NCBI GenBank assembly: GCA_002269645.1
Contig: NIVC01001319.1
Coordinates: 1 to 64,000 of the forward strand
Length of the DNA: 64,000 nt
Origin: Macrostomum lignano
Taxonomy: Eukaryota
Reading direction: 5' to 3'
Shown: piece after piece, positions 35,010 to 47,929 of the stretch
Layout: every line of letters starts with the position of its first letter
Position numbering within the stretch: position 1 is the first letter of the stretch
Made by a program: the position numbers and the translations under genes
Notes under the pieces: model-generated
Database searches by the model: none
The model's input: the letters and a program-made list of their open reading frames with translations, nothing else
Told to the model about the DNA's origin: nothing

Positions 35010-37360
35010 TTGGACAGTCTGGACTTGACTGGAGTCCCTACAAATTTGCTTAAAAACATGTTGAAGCAAAGCCAATATTTCTCTATTAATCTACATAAAC
35101 AATCTAGGCCCTAGGGCCTACAGTTATTCTAAAAACTTAAAAAGATTTTTCCCGAAATAGACCTATGTACAAGCGATAATTGACCTTGTGCAATACTTTC
35201 TTCAATTCCATTGATGTAACGAATCACATGACGAACTAAGTTTAAAATAGTGTTTTTGACAGAAACTATGTATAAAGTAATTAGTAATATATTAGAAAAC
35301 TTTCAAGAAAGCGTACAAATATAAAACACAAAGTCAAATAATTTTTGAAGACAATAAAATGTGTTTTATTTTACCGACTATAAAATTTAAAGTAGTGTTT
35401 CTTGCGAAAAAATGTTCACTCATTCTCAGAGTCGGGATTCTACAGCCAGCTTCGGTTTACGATCACAGATCATTTTAATGAGAAACGTACGTTTGGGTGA
35501 TCTTAAAGCGAAGTTGATATATAAGCTACTACCAAACCAATATTTGAAAACATTTGACATTTGAAAACATTTACTTATTTGAAACTACTGTCGGTTTTTA
35601 TGTCATACAACTTATTTATATGGTGATCGACTGATCGTCACTAATTGAATTGATCGTAAACCGAAGGATTGCCGGTTGGACTTAGACTTGGAGGATCTAA
35701 AACTACTGACTAAGCGTATTTTTCTATTAGATTATTCGTTTGCCCTTGGGGGCCTAGTAACCTAGTTAAATGGCCAATTGACTATTTATCTACCATTACT
35801 ACCAGTAACTACCAGTACTAAGTCTAAACTAGCAATTTATAGGCCTATTTTCCATCAAGGAGCAAAATAGAACAATTTATTTTTAAATAAGCTAATGTAT
35901 ATGCGGGTGCAGCCGAAATCGTCATATTCAAAATTGTCATATGATGATGATAACTTGAACAAATCTTGAAGACTTAAACATTTAAATATGACAACTTTGA
36001 CCAAAGGCAAGGGTGTATTAATTTTGGATTTTTCTACCTTCAGGCAAAAATCCCTTGCATATGCACCCGTAATTTTTATATTAACTGTGTCAATTAATGC
36101 TGATTCACCCCTGATTGCTGCATCAGCAATCAGGGTCAGCGTTGCATTCGCGCGAATTAATCCAGAGAAATCGCGCAGACGAATCACAACAAAATTTTCT
36201 TTCTCCTGCTTACTCCGACAGCCGGGTTCTCAAGTCTAATAAATCTAATAAAACTATAAAATAAAACTAACAAGTCTAAAGTGCGCAAAACTAATAAATA
36301 AATTTGAACTAAACTGTTGAATGCAAAAGGAAAAAGACAAGAAAAAGGAAAAGGGGGTTGAAAATTAGGTGGCACATCAAGGCAGTATAAATATTAAAAA
36401 AAGGAGGTAACAATCAACGGGTGGGGGTGCCGCTGGACACACTGGACCAAAAATCCCATGCATAGAGACTACTGATAGAACGGCTCACAAACATGCAAGC
36501 AACAAAATTAAAACAAAAGTTTTGACCAAGATTTGACCAAGACCTACTTTTCCAACCAAAGGAAGAACAGAACAATTTTTGGAACCTTCAGTCAATGGAA
36601 ATGTGACAAAAATTGAACAATGAGTGGACAAAAATTAAACATTTGTAGCAGTTTTCCTTTTAAACAAGTTATTAAAGTAATGGTTATTAGTTCAAATATC
36701 AATTAAGTGGCACCCAACTGCCACACATGACTACTGAGAATACACTGTTAAATTGTTTTAATTTGTTGGCAAATAAGAACACGCTGCCGCCATGAGCTAA
36801 GATCTTTGTGCAGCCAATGCAATACAATATGACAATTTAGTGAATGCAGCATTGTCCAATACTGAGATGATGACGATTTAGATAATTTAGTTGTTTTTCT
36901 CATAAGCTGCAGATGACAATCTCGAATATGACGACTTTGGCCGGAACCGTATATGCAGGTTTAGACCTTGTATTTTTAGTTAAAGCAAAGCCTAGCATGC
37001 CTAGCAAAGCCTAGCATGCCCTATATTTATCAGCTTTGACATTGAAGCTTCACTTTAAATAATGGCCTAACACTAACAGTTATCAATATTTTTTTTTCTT
37101 ATGCTAGTATTATAATTAGAATTAAAAAGCAAAAAATTCCCCCAAGATCTAATGTGAATAATTTATACTACATCGTTATTCTATATGTTATTTTACACTA
37201 CACATTGTTCCGTATGTTATTTTATACATTATTCAACACATTATTCCGTAGGTTATTTTGCATGTTTCTAGGCATTTTTCCTTGATATAAATGTGTTCTG
37301 TATAAATTTACAAGTGATTTTTCAATTTTTTGTACATTTTAAATGTAAAGTAAAAGCCTA

Positions 37361-37720
37361 AGGGAGGCCATAGCCCAGCGGTAGCGCAGCTGCTCTGGTG
37401 TGCCAGCAACCCAGGCTCAATTCCAAGTGCAGTCACATTAATTTGGGGCTAAATTGGAATCTTAGCTTGGCTCTGCTCATGCAATTAATGGCCTTAAGAG
37501 CCAACCCCTCAAGGCGCAGTGAAGTGTACCTGCCTAACGATAATATAAAGTTAGGGCCGCTGTACACTCCTGTATGAGTGTGTGCCTGCGTTTGTATCTG
37601 TGCGCTTGTATGCCTGCTCAAGGGAGTTGGCGGAATGGGCAGTAATGCCTCTCGCCAGTTGTGTGCCCATGTCGCTTAAAGTGCGCCAGGGTGCACACAA
37701 CCCCCCTGCCTCTAATAAAA
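37361..37720 (+). mobile_element. tRNA-derived SINE (~360 bp) with 14-bp TSD
   Basis: A box TAGCCCAGCGG (37371-37381), decayed B box GGCTCAATTCC (37414-37424), A-rich tail; AAAGTAAAAGCCTA at 37347-37360 and 37721-37734. Confidence 0.85.
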
Positions 37721-39453
37721 AAAGTAAAAGCCTACATATATATAAGCTTGTCATTATATTTTCTTGGATTGTGAGACATGCTGTTTATAAAATTATAATT
37801 GACTACAACAGAGTAGGCCTACTATTAGTTGCAGGGTTGTAAATTGAGTTATAAAGTTGCATGCATAGAGGTGGGGTTGTGGGAAGGATAGAGAAAAAGA
37901 AGATAAAGTGACTAGGCCTACTTAATTATTAGCATAAATAAATGAAATAATCACATTATATGTACAAGGTAATTAATAATAATAATAGGACACAAAATAA
38001 AGTGGTATTTAGTATTAAAAATAGTTTATGCTTTAATTAATTAATAAGTCCTATATCAAATAAACAAATACTAATATAACAGCTAAAAAAGCTTGAACAA
38101 AATATACTATAATATTAAAAAAAACCCATGTCAGTTAAACTGACAAAAAATGAAAACAAAATACACAAACAAGCAAATTTAAATCAAAGAAACAGAAGTT
38201 AGTAAGTTAACTTGAGAAAACTGATTTGATAGATAGATACCAACAAACCATTTAGTAAATGGGATTTGGTGGATAGGATTTATTTTCAATACTTTGGTGG
38301 TTTTGAATACCAAACATAAGCTAGGAAACCAAGTTTTGCATAATAAATAAAGTAATAAAGTAGATGTGTAGACTAATGTGTAGAATAAAGTATGGAATAA
38401 CATGTGAAATAGTGTGTAGAATAATGTTTGAAATAATGTGCAGAATAATGTGTGGAACAACATACGGAACATGCAGAATAACATGCATAAAAATGTGCAG
38501 TATATGTTATACTAATTAAGATCTCAATTGACAGTCTTATCTATTGGGTCATTCTACAATGGAGGGTCCCATCATGTTTTTTAACTTTAAACACTTGTAA
38601 CTTTTGAACTATAATAGATAGAACAAATCTGCAAAAAGCAATGCGTCAGACTTCTAGTTCTATTTTTATATAGCTGCTTATAAATTCTAAAACAACTGAA
38701 CATATAGTCAGCATAAACTATACTGATAGTCATTTTTTATCACCAAACAACCATTAGCTACCATTAGCCATTAGCTGCCATTAGCTAGCATAGTTTATGA
38801 TTTGCTATGAGTTCAGTTGTATTGGACAAAAAATGAATTTAAATTAAATTTAATGTTAGTATTTAGTATTCTACATTGTTTTAGTTAATCAAGCTTAGAA
38901 TGGATACCATTAAGGGTAGATATAGCAATCTCTAGTTTGCTCTAAACAGCCTTAGACAACCTTCAAAGCTTCAGATGCACCATGTAATAGCTAAGTTAAT
39001 ATCTTAGCATCAGGTCAGGGACTCAAGCAACAAAGATTTCTGATGTCATATACTTTTTATATAGTTAGGCTTTTTTGGGCTAAACTTACAATAAACAAGA
39101 TATTATCAAAAAGTAATAGACTAACATAAGTTATACTAGGACTGTCTAACATATTTAATAGTTGTGATTGCTATAAATTATGAAAGAATGCACTTTCTCA
39201 ATCTATTTGTGTAATCAATATATGTATCATGATCTATCATTTTTAGCATTGGTTACACTTGTGTTAGATTCCCATCATTGGAAACAGATTGCAAATATCA
39301 GTTGGGAAAACTATCCCACTTGTAAACTGCTTATTGCATATTTTGTAGTTTTTTATATAACAGATGTCAGTTGTCTGATATAGGCCTGGCCTTTACCTGA
39401 GGTTTAAAAAAGTGAATTGAAATCTCTTCTTGTTAAATTAAAAATACTGTCAG

Positions 39454-42400
39454 ATGTCAGCTGAGGTTGCGGTAGAGGACTCCAAGTCCAGTGCTCTGGC
39501 TCTGTACCCCTCTGCCAGTCTGGAAGTTCAGCAGCACCACATGAAGGCTTCGCCAGAGAGTCCGCCGCCACAGCCCAGCATTGAGAGTCACGGCAATGGC
39601 AATGGCTTAGGCAGCAGTAATGATAGTGGCCACGAGGACCAGCACCATGATGACCACGGAGACGAGGTTCCGATGGAGGAACACGATGATGACGAGGATA
39701 GAGGAGCTGGCACGGCTGAAAGCTCATATTATGATAGGCCTGTTCAGCACCTGCAGGTGAGCTTCCTTTTGGATTGTCTGCATTTTGGGTTGTCTGTGTC
39801 TGTAGCTGAATTGCCTGTGTCTCTAGTTTGGCCTTCTGTGTCTGTAGCTGAATTGCCTGTGTCTCTAGCTTGGCCTTCTGTGTCTGTAGCTGAATTGCCT
39901 GTCTTTAGTTTGGCCTTCTGTCTGTAGCTGAATTGCCTGTGTCTCCAGTTTGGCCTTCTGTGTCTGTAGCTGAATTGCCTGTGTCTCTAGCTTGGCCTTC
40001 TGTGTCTGTAGCTGAATTGCCTGTGTCTTTAGTTTGGCCTTCTGTGTCTGTAGCTGAATTGCCTGTGTCTCTAGTTTGGCCTTCTGTTGGGCTTCTGTGT
40101 CTGTAGCTGAATTGCCTGTGTCTCTAGTTTGGCCTTCTGTGTCTGTAGCTGAATTGCCTGTGTCTCCAGTTTGGCCTTCTATGTCTGTAGCTGAATTGCC
40201 TGTGTCTCCAGTTTGGCCTTCTGTGTCTGTAGCTGAATTGCCTGTGTCTCTAGTTTGGCCGTCCGCAGTATTGTACAGTCGGTGTCCCTACCAAAGCCTG
40301 TGGCACTATCGCAGTCTCCCCCTCAACCCAGCAGAGCGATGCAGCTGATGATGCAGCGGATCAGCACGGCGATGAGGCGGATTCCCTGCAGCAGCCGCAG
40401 CAGCAGTACAGCTCGCTGATTAATCCTGAGCAGTCGTCAATGGCTCTCCCTCATCATCACCAGCAGATGCAGCTGCCCAGCATCCCCGCTGCTGCTGCTG
40501 GCTGCGGCGACAGCGGCCTCATCAAGTCGGAGGCGGCCTCCAACAGCTCGGACAGGGAGGAGGCTGCGGGCGGCGCCGGAGACTTCTACGAACACTCGGG
40601 CTTCGGCGGCCCGTCTGACTACAGCGACCTGCTGCCTGGCAACACCAGCAGAGACAGTGAGTTCCCTTACCCTGTCTGAGTCCCTTCAGTTGTCCTGTGT
40701 CTTGAGAGTTTTGTTTGTCCCCTTTAAAAAACAACTAATGCTTCCCGGATTCCCAAGATCATTATCCCCACTAGGAATCCCATAATTCTTCCCATAATCC
40801 CTGAGATCATTATCCCCACTAGGAATCCCATAATTCTTCCCATAATCCCTGAGATCATTATCCCCACTAGGAATCCCATGATTCTTCCCATTATCCCCAC
40901 TAGAAATACCAACATTCTTCCCATAATTACCATTGTCACATTCAGCTGAATGCTAACCGCAACCAACTGTGCTTAACTTGGCTAGCAACCTATTTACTAT
41001 ATCTCGAATGTCCAGGCCTGTCTACCGTGGTTCGAACCCGGCGCCGCAAGGCCGGCCTGCCGGAGGACGAGCGAGTGTGCGCCGTGTGCGGCGACCCCGC
41101 CTCCGGCTACAACTTCGACCGGCTGACCTGCGAGAGCTGCAAGGCGTTCTTCCGTCGGAACGCGTTGAAAGCTCGCGAGAAGATCAAGCCCTGCTCCCGT
41201 GGCGGCGGCTGCGACGTGAGCGGCTCGCAGAGGAAGCACTGCCCGACCTGCCGGCTGGAGAAGTGCGTTCGAGTCGGCATGAAGAAGGAGCTCATATTGC
41301 CGCCGGAGAAGCTGGAGCAGCGGGCCAAGCCGAAGAAGCGGGCCAAGAATGGCGGCCCCCCTTCCGATGGGCCTTCAGCCGCGCACCACGGACTCTCGCG
41401 TAAGTCTTTGTTGTACTGCTGCATTTCCTGTGTGCCTGTGTGTTGCTAGTTTAAATAATAGTCTGCTGATGTTGAATGTCCCGGCAGTTAGTGCATTTAT
41501 GTATTTTAAATTGATATGTAGAACTGTTAAGGCACCTTTTACTTTCCTAAATAATGGCACTATTAGTTTCCTAAATAATGGCACTATTAGTTTCCTAAAT
41601 AATGGCACTATTAGTTTCCTAAATAATGGCACTATTAGTTTCCTAAATAATGGCACTATTAGTTTCCTAAATAATGGCACAATTAGTTTCCTAAATAATG
41701 GCACAATTAGTTTCCTAAATCCTATATACTAAAAATGAGTTGTTTGTTTGTACGCAATCGATTAGAGAAAAAATGGCTGGACCGATTTTCATGAGACTTG
41801 CACTGTTCGATCAGAAATTTTCCCGTGACGGTACATGCATCTTGGCTAAGAAATTGCTCCATGTTAAAGTGATTAAATATTCGAAAAACATGCTTTTTTG
41901 CAAAGGTCAAGCAAACTTTTCGACTTGAAATGCATTGTAAGAATGCTAGAGAAAAAACTGACTGGTTGAATTCTGATTCTGAAATAGATTGCATCATCAC
42001 TGAATTGTAACTCCGACTTGAATTGAAAATGCAGTGTGGAAGCGTAGCACCAGACTTGATTTAAATTGCGTAACCATATTGTTAACTGATACTGACTGAC
42101 TGAGAAACTGATTATGTCATAACTGCTTCGTGTGATTTACTCTATGCTTGGATTTTAAAGTGTTGAATTATATAAGTGCAAAATTTGATGTTATCAAAAC
42201 GATGAGAGCTAGCCTAGAGGTGAACAAACTGAACTGCCAAATGCAGCGACGATGGTTCGAATTTTCATAGAGTATAATTTTTTTAATTAAAGCTTTTCAA
42301 CGTCAGGAAAACTAAAAGACTTTTTAAAAAGAAGCGTCATGTAAAAAATCATAGATGTGTCATGTAAAAAATCGTAAAAGCGTTATATAAAAATCATAGA

Positions 42401-45400
42401 AGCGTAATGTAAAAAATCATAGAAGCGTCATGTAAACAATCATAGAAGCGTCATGTATACAATCATAGAAGCGTCATGTAAACAATCATAGAAGTGTCAT
42501 GTAAAAAATCATAGAAGCGTCATGAAAAAATCATAGAAGCGTCATGTAAAAAATCATAGAAGCGTCATGTAAACAATCATAGAATCGCCATGTAAAAATC
42601 GTAAAAGCGTTATATAAAAATCATGGAAGTGTAATGTAAAAAATCATAGAAGCGTCATGTAAAAAATCATAGAAGCGTCATGAAAAAATCATAGAAGCGT
42701 CATGTAAACAATCATAGAAGCGTCATGCAAACAATCATAGAAGCGTCATGTAAAAGTCAAAAAAGCGTCATAAAAAATCATAGAAGCGTCATGAAAAAAT
42801 CATGGAAGCGTCATGAAAAAATAATAAAAGCGTCATGTAATAATCATAGAAGCGTCATGCAAAAATCATAGAAGCGTCATATAAAAATCATAGAAGCATC
42901 ATTTAAAAAATCATAGAAGCGTCATGTAAAAAATCATAGAAGCGTCATGTAAACAATCATAGAAGCGTCATGTAAAAAATCATAGAAGCGTCATGTAAAC
43001 AATCATGGAAGCGTCATGTAAAAAATTATAGAAGCGTCATGCAAACAATCATAGAAGCGTCATGTAAACAATCATAGAAGCTTCATGTAAAAAATCATAG
43101 AAGCGTCATGTAAAAAATCATAGAAGCGTCATCTAAAACATCATAAAAGCGTCATGTAAAAAATCGTAGAAGCGTCATTTAAAAAATCATAGAAGCGTCA
43201 TATAAACAATCATAGAAGCGTCATGTAAACAATCATAGAAGCGCCATGTAAACAATCATAGAAGCGTCATGTAAACAATCATAGAAGCGTCATATAAAAA
43301 TCATAGAAGCGTCATTTAAAAAATCATAGAAGCGTCATGTAAACAATCATAGAAGCGTCATGTAAACAATCATAGAAGCGTCATGTAAAAAATCATAGAA
43401 GCGTCATGTAAACAATCATGGAAGCGTCATGTAAAAATCATAGAAGAGTCATGTAAAAAATCATAGAAGCATCGTGTAAACAATCATAGAAGCGTCATGT
43501 AAAAAATCGTAAGAGCGTAATATAAAAATCATAGAAGCGTCATTTAAAAAATCATAGAGGCGTCATATAAAAATCAAAAAACGTCATTTAAAAAATCATA
43601 GAAGCGTCATGTAAACAATCATAGAAGCGTCATGTAAACAATCATAGAAGCGTCATGTAAAAAATCATAGAAGCGTCATGTAAAAATCATAGAAGCGTCA
43701 TGTAAAAATCATAGAAGCGTCATGTAAAAAATCATAGAAGCGTCATGTAAAAAATCATAGAAGCATCGTGTAAACAATCATAGAAGCGTCATGTAAAAAA
43801 TCATAGAAGCGTCATGTAAAAAATCATAGAAGCGTCATCTAAAACATCATAAAAGCGTCATGTAAAAAATCGTAGAAGCGTCATTTAAAAAATCATAGAA
43901 GCGTCATATAAACAATCATAGAAGCGCCATGTAAACAATCATAGAAGCGCCATGTAAAAATCATAGAAGCATCGTGTAAACAATCATAGAAGCGTCATGT
44001 AAAAAATCGTAAGAGCGTAATATAAAAATCATAGAAGCGTCATTTAAAAAATCATAGAAGCGTCATGTAAACAATCATAGAAGCGTCATGTAAACAATCA
44101 TAGAAGCGTCATGTTAAAAATCATAGAAGCGTCATGTAAAAAATCATAGAAGCGTCATGTAAACAATCATAGAAGCGTCATTTTAAAAATCATAGAAGCG
44201 TCATGTTAAAAATCATATAAGCGTCATGTAAACAATTATCGAAGCGTCATCTAAAAATCATAGAAGCGTCATGTAAATAATCATAGAATCGTCATGAAAA
44301 AATCATAGAAGCGTCATTTAAAAACTAATGAAAGTGTCATTTAAAAAATTAAGAAGCATCATAGTAGAATAAAAGAAGCGTCATGTCAGACATGAAAGGT
44401 GTCATGGAAAAATTAAATGCAGCTATAATGCTGTGCTGGGGAGAAAAACTGAGACGTCAAGGCTCTCAGAGAATAACTGAGATTACGGGGGGGGGGTTTC
44501 TGAGATGTCAAAGCAAAAGTCAGAAGCTAATTCAAAGTTCATGTACTTTACTCAATTTTTTTTATTGCATTCTTTGTTGGGTCGCCACGGGAGGCGCTGA
44601 TAGAAGAAGAGTCATGTAAAAAATAAAAGTAGCACTATGTATACATAAAAGAAAAGTCATGTCGAAGTTAAAAGATTCATTTGGGAATTGCTACGATGTC
44701 AAAGCTAGGTGGAAATCGTTATAGTGCTGTGATTCTTAAAGAAGGAATCACTAAAATGTCAAGGCTTAGGGGAGAAGAATTGCTGAGATTTCAAGGCTTT
44801 ATGTTGGGTTAAAGTTAGGTTTAGGTCAGGTGTGGGTTGAGGGTTATATTTTATCGAGTTTCAAGGTTAGCAGGGGATTTTTCAGATTTCAAGGTTTATG
44901 GGCGCCATCGCTGACATGTTAAGGCTTACGGGGGGAATAGCTGAGATGTCAAGGCTCACGGGGGTAAAAATGAGATTTCAAGGCTAAAGTCAGAAGCTAC
45001 ATGTAGTTTATTGAAAACTTTTTATTACATTATTTGATGCCTCCTCAGGGAGGGATCGCTGATTAAAAAAGCGTAATGTAAAAAATAAAAGAAGCTTCAT
45101 GTCGAAGTTAAGATATTCATTTGGGAATCCTTACAATGTCGAGGCTTGCAGGGAATCGCTATAATGCTGTAGTAGTGCTATAATGACTCTTAAAGAGAAT
45201 TACTGAAATTTCAATGCTTTAGGGTTAGGTTAGGGTTAGGGTTAGAAGGTTGACAGATATTTTTAGATTTCCAAGGCTTATTGGGGCATGGCTGAGATGT
45301 CAAGGGGGGAAGTTGATATGTTAAAGCTTGTGGGGGGGAATTACTGACATGTCAAGGCTTACAAGGTTTGATAGGAGATTTTTTAAGATTTCAAGGATAC

Positions 45401-47929
45401 ATGTAGCTTATTAAAAAAACGTGTATTGCATTTCTTTGGCTCCCCAACGGGGGGCGTAGATTGCTAGTAATGGCACTATTAGTTTCCTAAATAATGGCAC
45501 TATTAGTTTCCTAAATAATGGCACAATTAGTTTCCTAAATAATGGTACAATTAGTTTCCTAAATAATTGCACTATTAGTTTCCTAAATAATGGCACAATT
45601 AGTTTCCTAAATAATGGCACAATTAGTTTCCTGAATAATGGCACTATTAGTATCCTAATCATGTCACCCTTAGTTTCCTTAACTCGTGTGGAATGGCCGA
45701 ACTCGATTCGGTCGGCGGCCACATTAATTTGGACACTGGGACGCGAATATTGGCCAAACCTTTAACGGAGATAGTGTACATGCCTGGTGATTAGAATGTC
45801 AGGTCCTGTGTGAGCGCGCATGCCTCAGGGGCCAGCGGGCTTGGCATGGCTGCCCACAGCCTCTGCAAACCATCCCAAACTCCTCTCCGCCCCCAGCAGC
45901 GGCCCCCGCGGCGCCACCTCAGCCCAAGCGCTCAGCCAAGGCCGCCAGCAGCAGCCATCATCATCCCCAGCCTTCGTCCGGCCATCATCAGCTTCATCAC
46001 CAACAGTCCCAGACTCCTCACGCTCCCCATCAGCATCATCAGCTCCAGCAGCAGCTCCAGCAGCATCAGCCTCATCAGCACTTCCAGCAGCCTCAGCTTC
46101 ATCACGGATTAAACGGCCAATTGTCCAGCAGCGTAGATTTAGATCCGCCTCTGTTCGGCTCCCAGCATCAGCAGCTTCATCAGCTCAGCCGTCAGCGCTG
46201 CCCGTCTCCGTCGAGATCGTCGCCGAGCCTGCTGGACGCTCAGCAGCCGCCGGAGTCGGAGCTGGCGCTCGTCTGGTCGGCCGGCACCGCGGCGGGCCGT
46301 CGGTGGCCGCGCGAACTCACCGCCACCGACCGCGAATGCCTGGCCAGCCTCGCCGAGGCCCTCGCCCGCGCCCGGGAGACCCTCGGCTCCTCGTCGGCGT
46401 CGGCGGACTCCGCCAGCGGCGCCTCGGCCGGTCATCGCAAAGACGGCGTCGGCCGGCTGGAGCAGGCCTTCAACCAGATGGACGCCTGCATCCGGCGCAT
46501 CATCTCCGTGGTCAAGCTCATCCCCATCTTCTCCGATGTGGAGAAGGACTCTCAGATACTCATGCTCAAGGTGCTTTGTTATGCCTGTGTTTTCCCATTA
46601 CTGAAACCTCATTTAGGATCTCTGACACTCACAAATCCTCATTTAGGATCTCTGACACCCACAAGTCCTCATTTGGGATCTCTGACATCCACAAGTCCTC
46701 ATTTGGGATCTCTGACATCCACAAAGCATCATTTGGGATCCTCTGACACTCAAAAATCCTCATTTGGGATCTCTGACACTCACAAATCCTCATTTGGGAT
46801 CTCTGACATCCACAAGTCCTCATTTGGGATCTTTGACATCCACAAATCATCATTTGGGATCCTCTGACATCCAAAAATCATCATTTGGGATCCTCTGACA
46901 TTCACAAATCCTCAATTGGTATCCCTACCACCCGTAGATCCTCATTTGGGATCTCTGACATCCACAAATCATCATTAGGTATCCTCTGACACTCAAAAAT
47001 CCTCATTTGGGATCTCTGACATCCACAAGTCCTCATTTGGGATCTCTGACATCCACAAATCATCATTTGGGATCCTCTGACACTCAAAAATCCTCATTTG
47101 GGATCTCTGACACTCACAAATCCTCATTTGGGATCCTCTGACATCCAAAAATCATCATTTGGGATCCTCTGACATTCACAAATCCTCAATTGGTATCCCT
47201 ACCACTCGTAGATCCTCATTTGGGATCTCTGACATCCACAAATCATCATTAGGTATCCTCTGACACTCAAAAATCCTCATTTGGGATCTCTGACGCCCAG
47301 AAATCCCCATTCAAGATCCTTTGCCATCCTTAGTCCATCTAAGGATCGCGGTCCCAGTTTGCAGACACCCCAGCCTTAACCCCCTCCCCAACTCCTAAAT
47401 GCAGGTGAACATCTACGGCCTCGTGATTCTCTACTCGTCATTCTTCAACAACTCCACAACGCCAGCCGGCGTCAGCTCCAGCGGCGGCGCCGGCCTCTCC
47501 CTGATGCAGGAGCTCGCAGCCTCCGTGTCGGCCATCATTGAGATGCGGCCGGACGTGAGCGACCTGACCCCGGCCGACCTGGACCAGTACCGGGCCAACA
47601 CCGACAACGTGTACGCCCAGCTGGAGCGGCACAGTCGCCGAGACGACATCGTCAAGATGCTGATGCTGGCATTGAAGCTGTTCAACTCCGACACGATGCC
47701 AGCCGAGGTTCGCGGCGCCATCGACGAGGCGCAGTCGGTTTATTCGCAGCTGCTCAAGAAGTACCTGGCCTGCAAGTTCGGCGTGGCCGAGGCCATGCGG
47801 ATGTACCCCAGGCTGCTCATGACCTTCATTGACATGCGCACGGTGGAGAACAAGATGACCGAATTCACCAAGCTGCTGTCCGTGGAGTCGCTTAATCCGC
47901 TGGTGCGCGAGGTCACGCAGGTTAATTAG
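39454..47929 (+). CDS. Nuclear hormone receptor, NR1J/HR96/DAF-12-like (~757 aa)
   Basis: Exons 39454-39756, 40269-40656, 41016-41399, 45897-46570 (acceptor least certain), 47405-47929, phase-consistent. C4 zinc fingers CAVCGDPASGYNFDRLTCESCKAFFRRNAL...CRLEKCVRVGMKKE (ESCKA P-box), LBD CIRRIISVVKLIPIF...QILMLK, AF-2 LNPLVREV. Confidence 0.9.
39790..40260. repeat. 42-bp minisatellite in NR intron 1
   Basis: CTGTGTCTGTAGCTGAATTGCCTGTGTCTCTAGTTTGGCCTT, ~11 copies. Confidence 0.95.
40745..40915. repeat. 48-bp tandem repeat in NR intron 2
   Basis: ATCATTATCCCCACTAGGAATCCCATAATTCTTCCC..., ~3.5 copies. Confidence 0.9.
41542..41719. repeat. 24-bp minisatellite TTTCCTAAATAATGGCACTATTAG, left half
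   Basis: Interrupted by the Helitron; continues at 45468. Confidence 0.95.
41720..45467 (+). mobile_element. Complete non-autonomous Helitron (3748 bp) in NR intron 3
   Basis: 5' TC (TCCTATATACTAAAAATGAGTTGTTTG), 3' GC-rich hairpin GCTCCCCAACGGGGGGC (45439-45455) then CTAG; inserted between A and T with no TSD; the flanks rejoin into an intact 24-bp unit. Confidence 0.9.
42330..44390. repeat. ~23-bp satellite ATCATAGAAGCGTCATGTAAAAA (~90 copies) inside the Helitron
   Basis: Continuous array of about 2 kb. Confidence 0.97.
45468..45655. repeat. 24-bp minisatellite, right half
   Basis: Same unit as 41542-41719. Confidence 0.95.
46600..47310. repeat. 30/31-bp minisatellite in NR intron 4
   Basis: CCTCATTTGGGATCTCTGACATCCACAAGT family. 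Confidence 0.95.

Noticed and set aside
35855-36187. LPLVKVVIFKCLSLQDLFKLS, resembling an F-box
   Set aside because: Spacing is imperfect, there is no gene context, and it adjoins a probable TE inverted repeat
37361-37435. tRNA gene
   Set aside because: Only A/B boxes; no cloverleaf; it continues into a SINE body with tail and TSD
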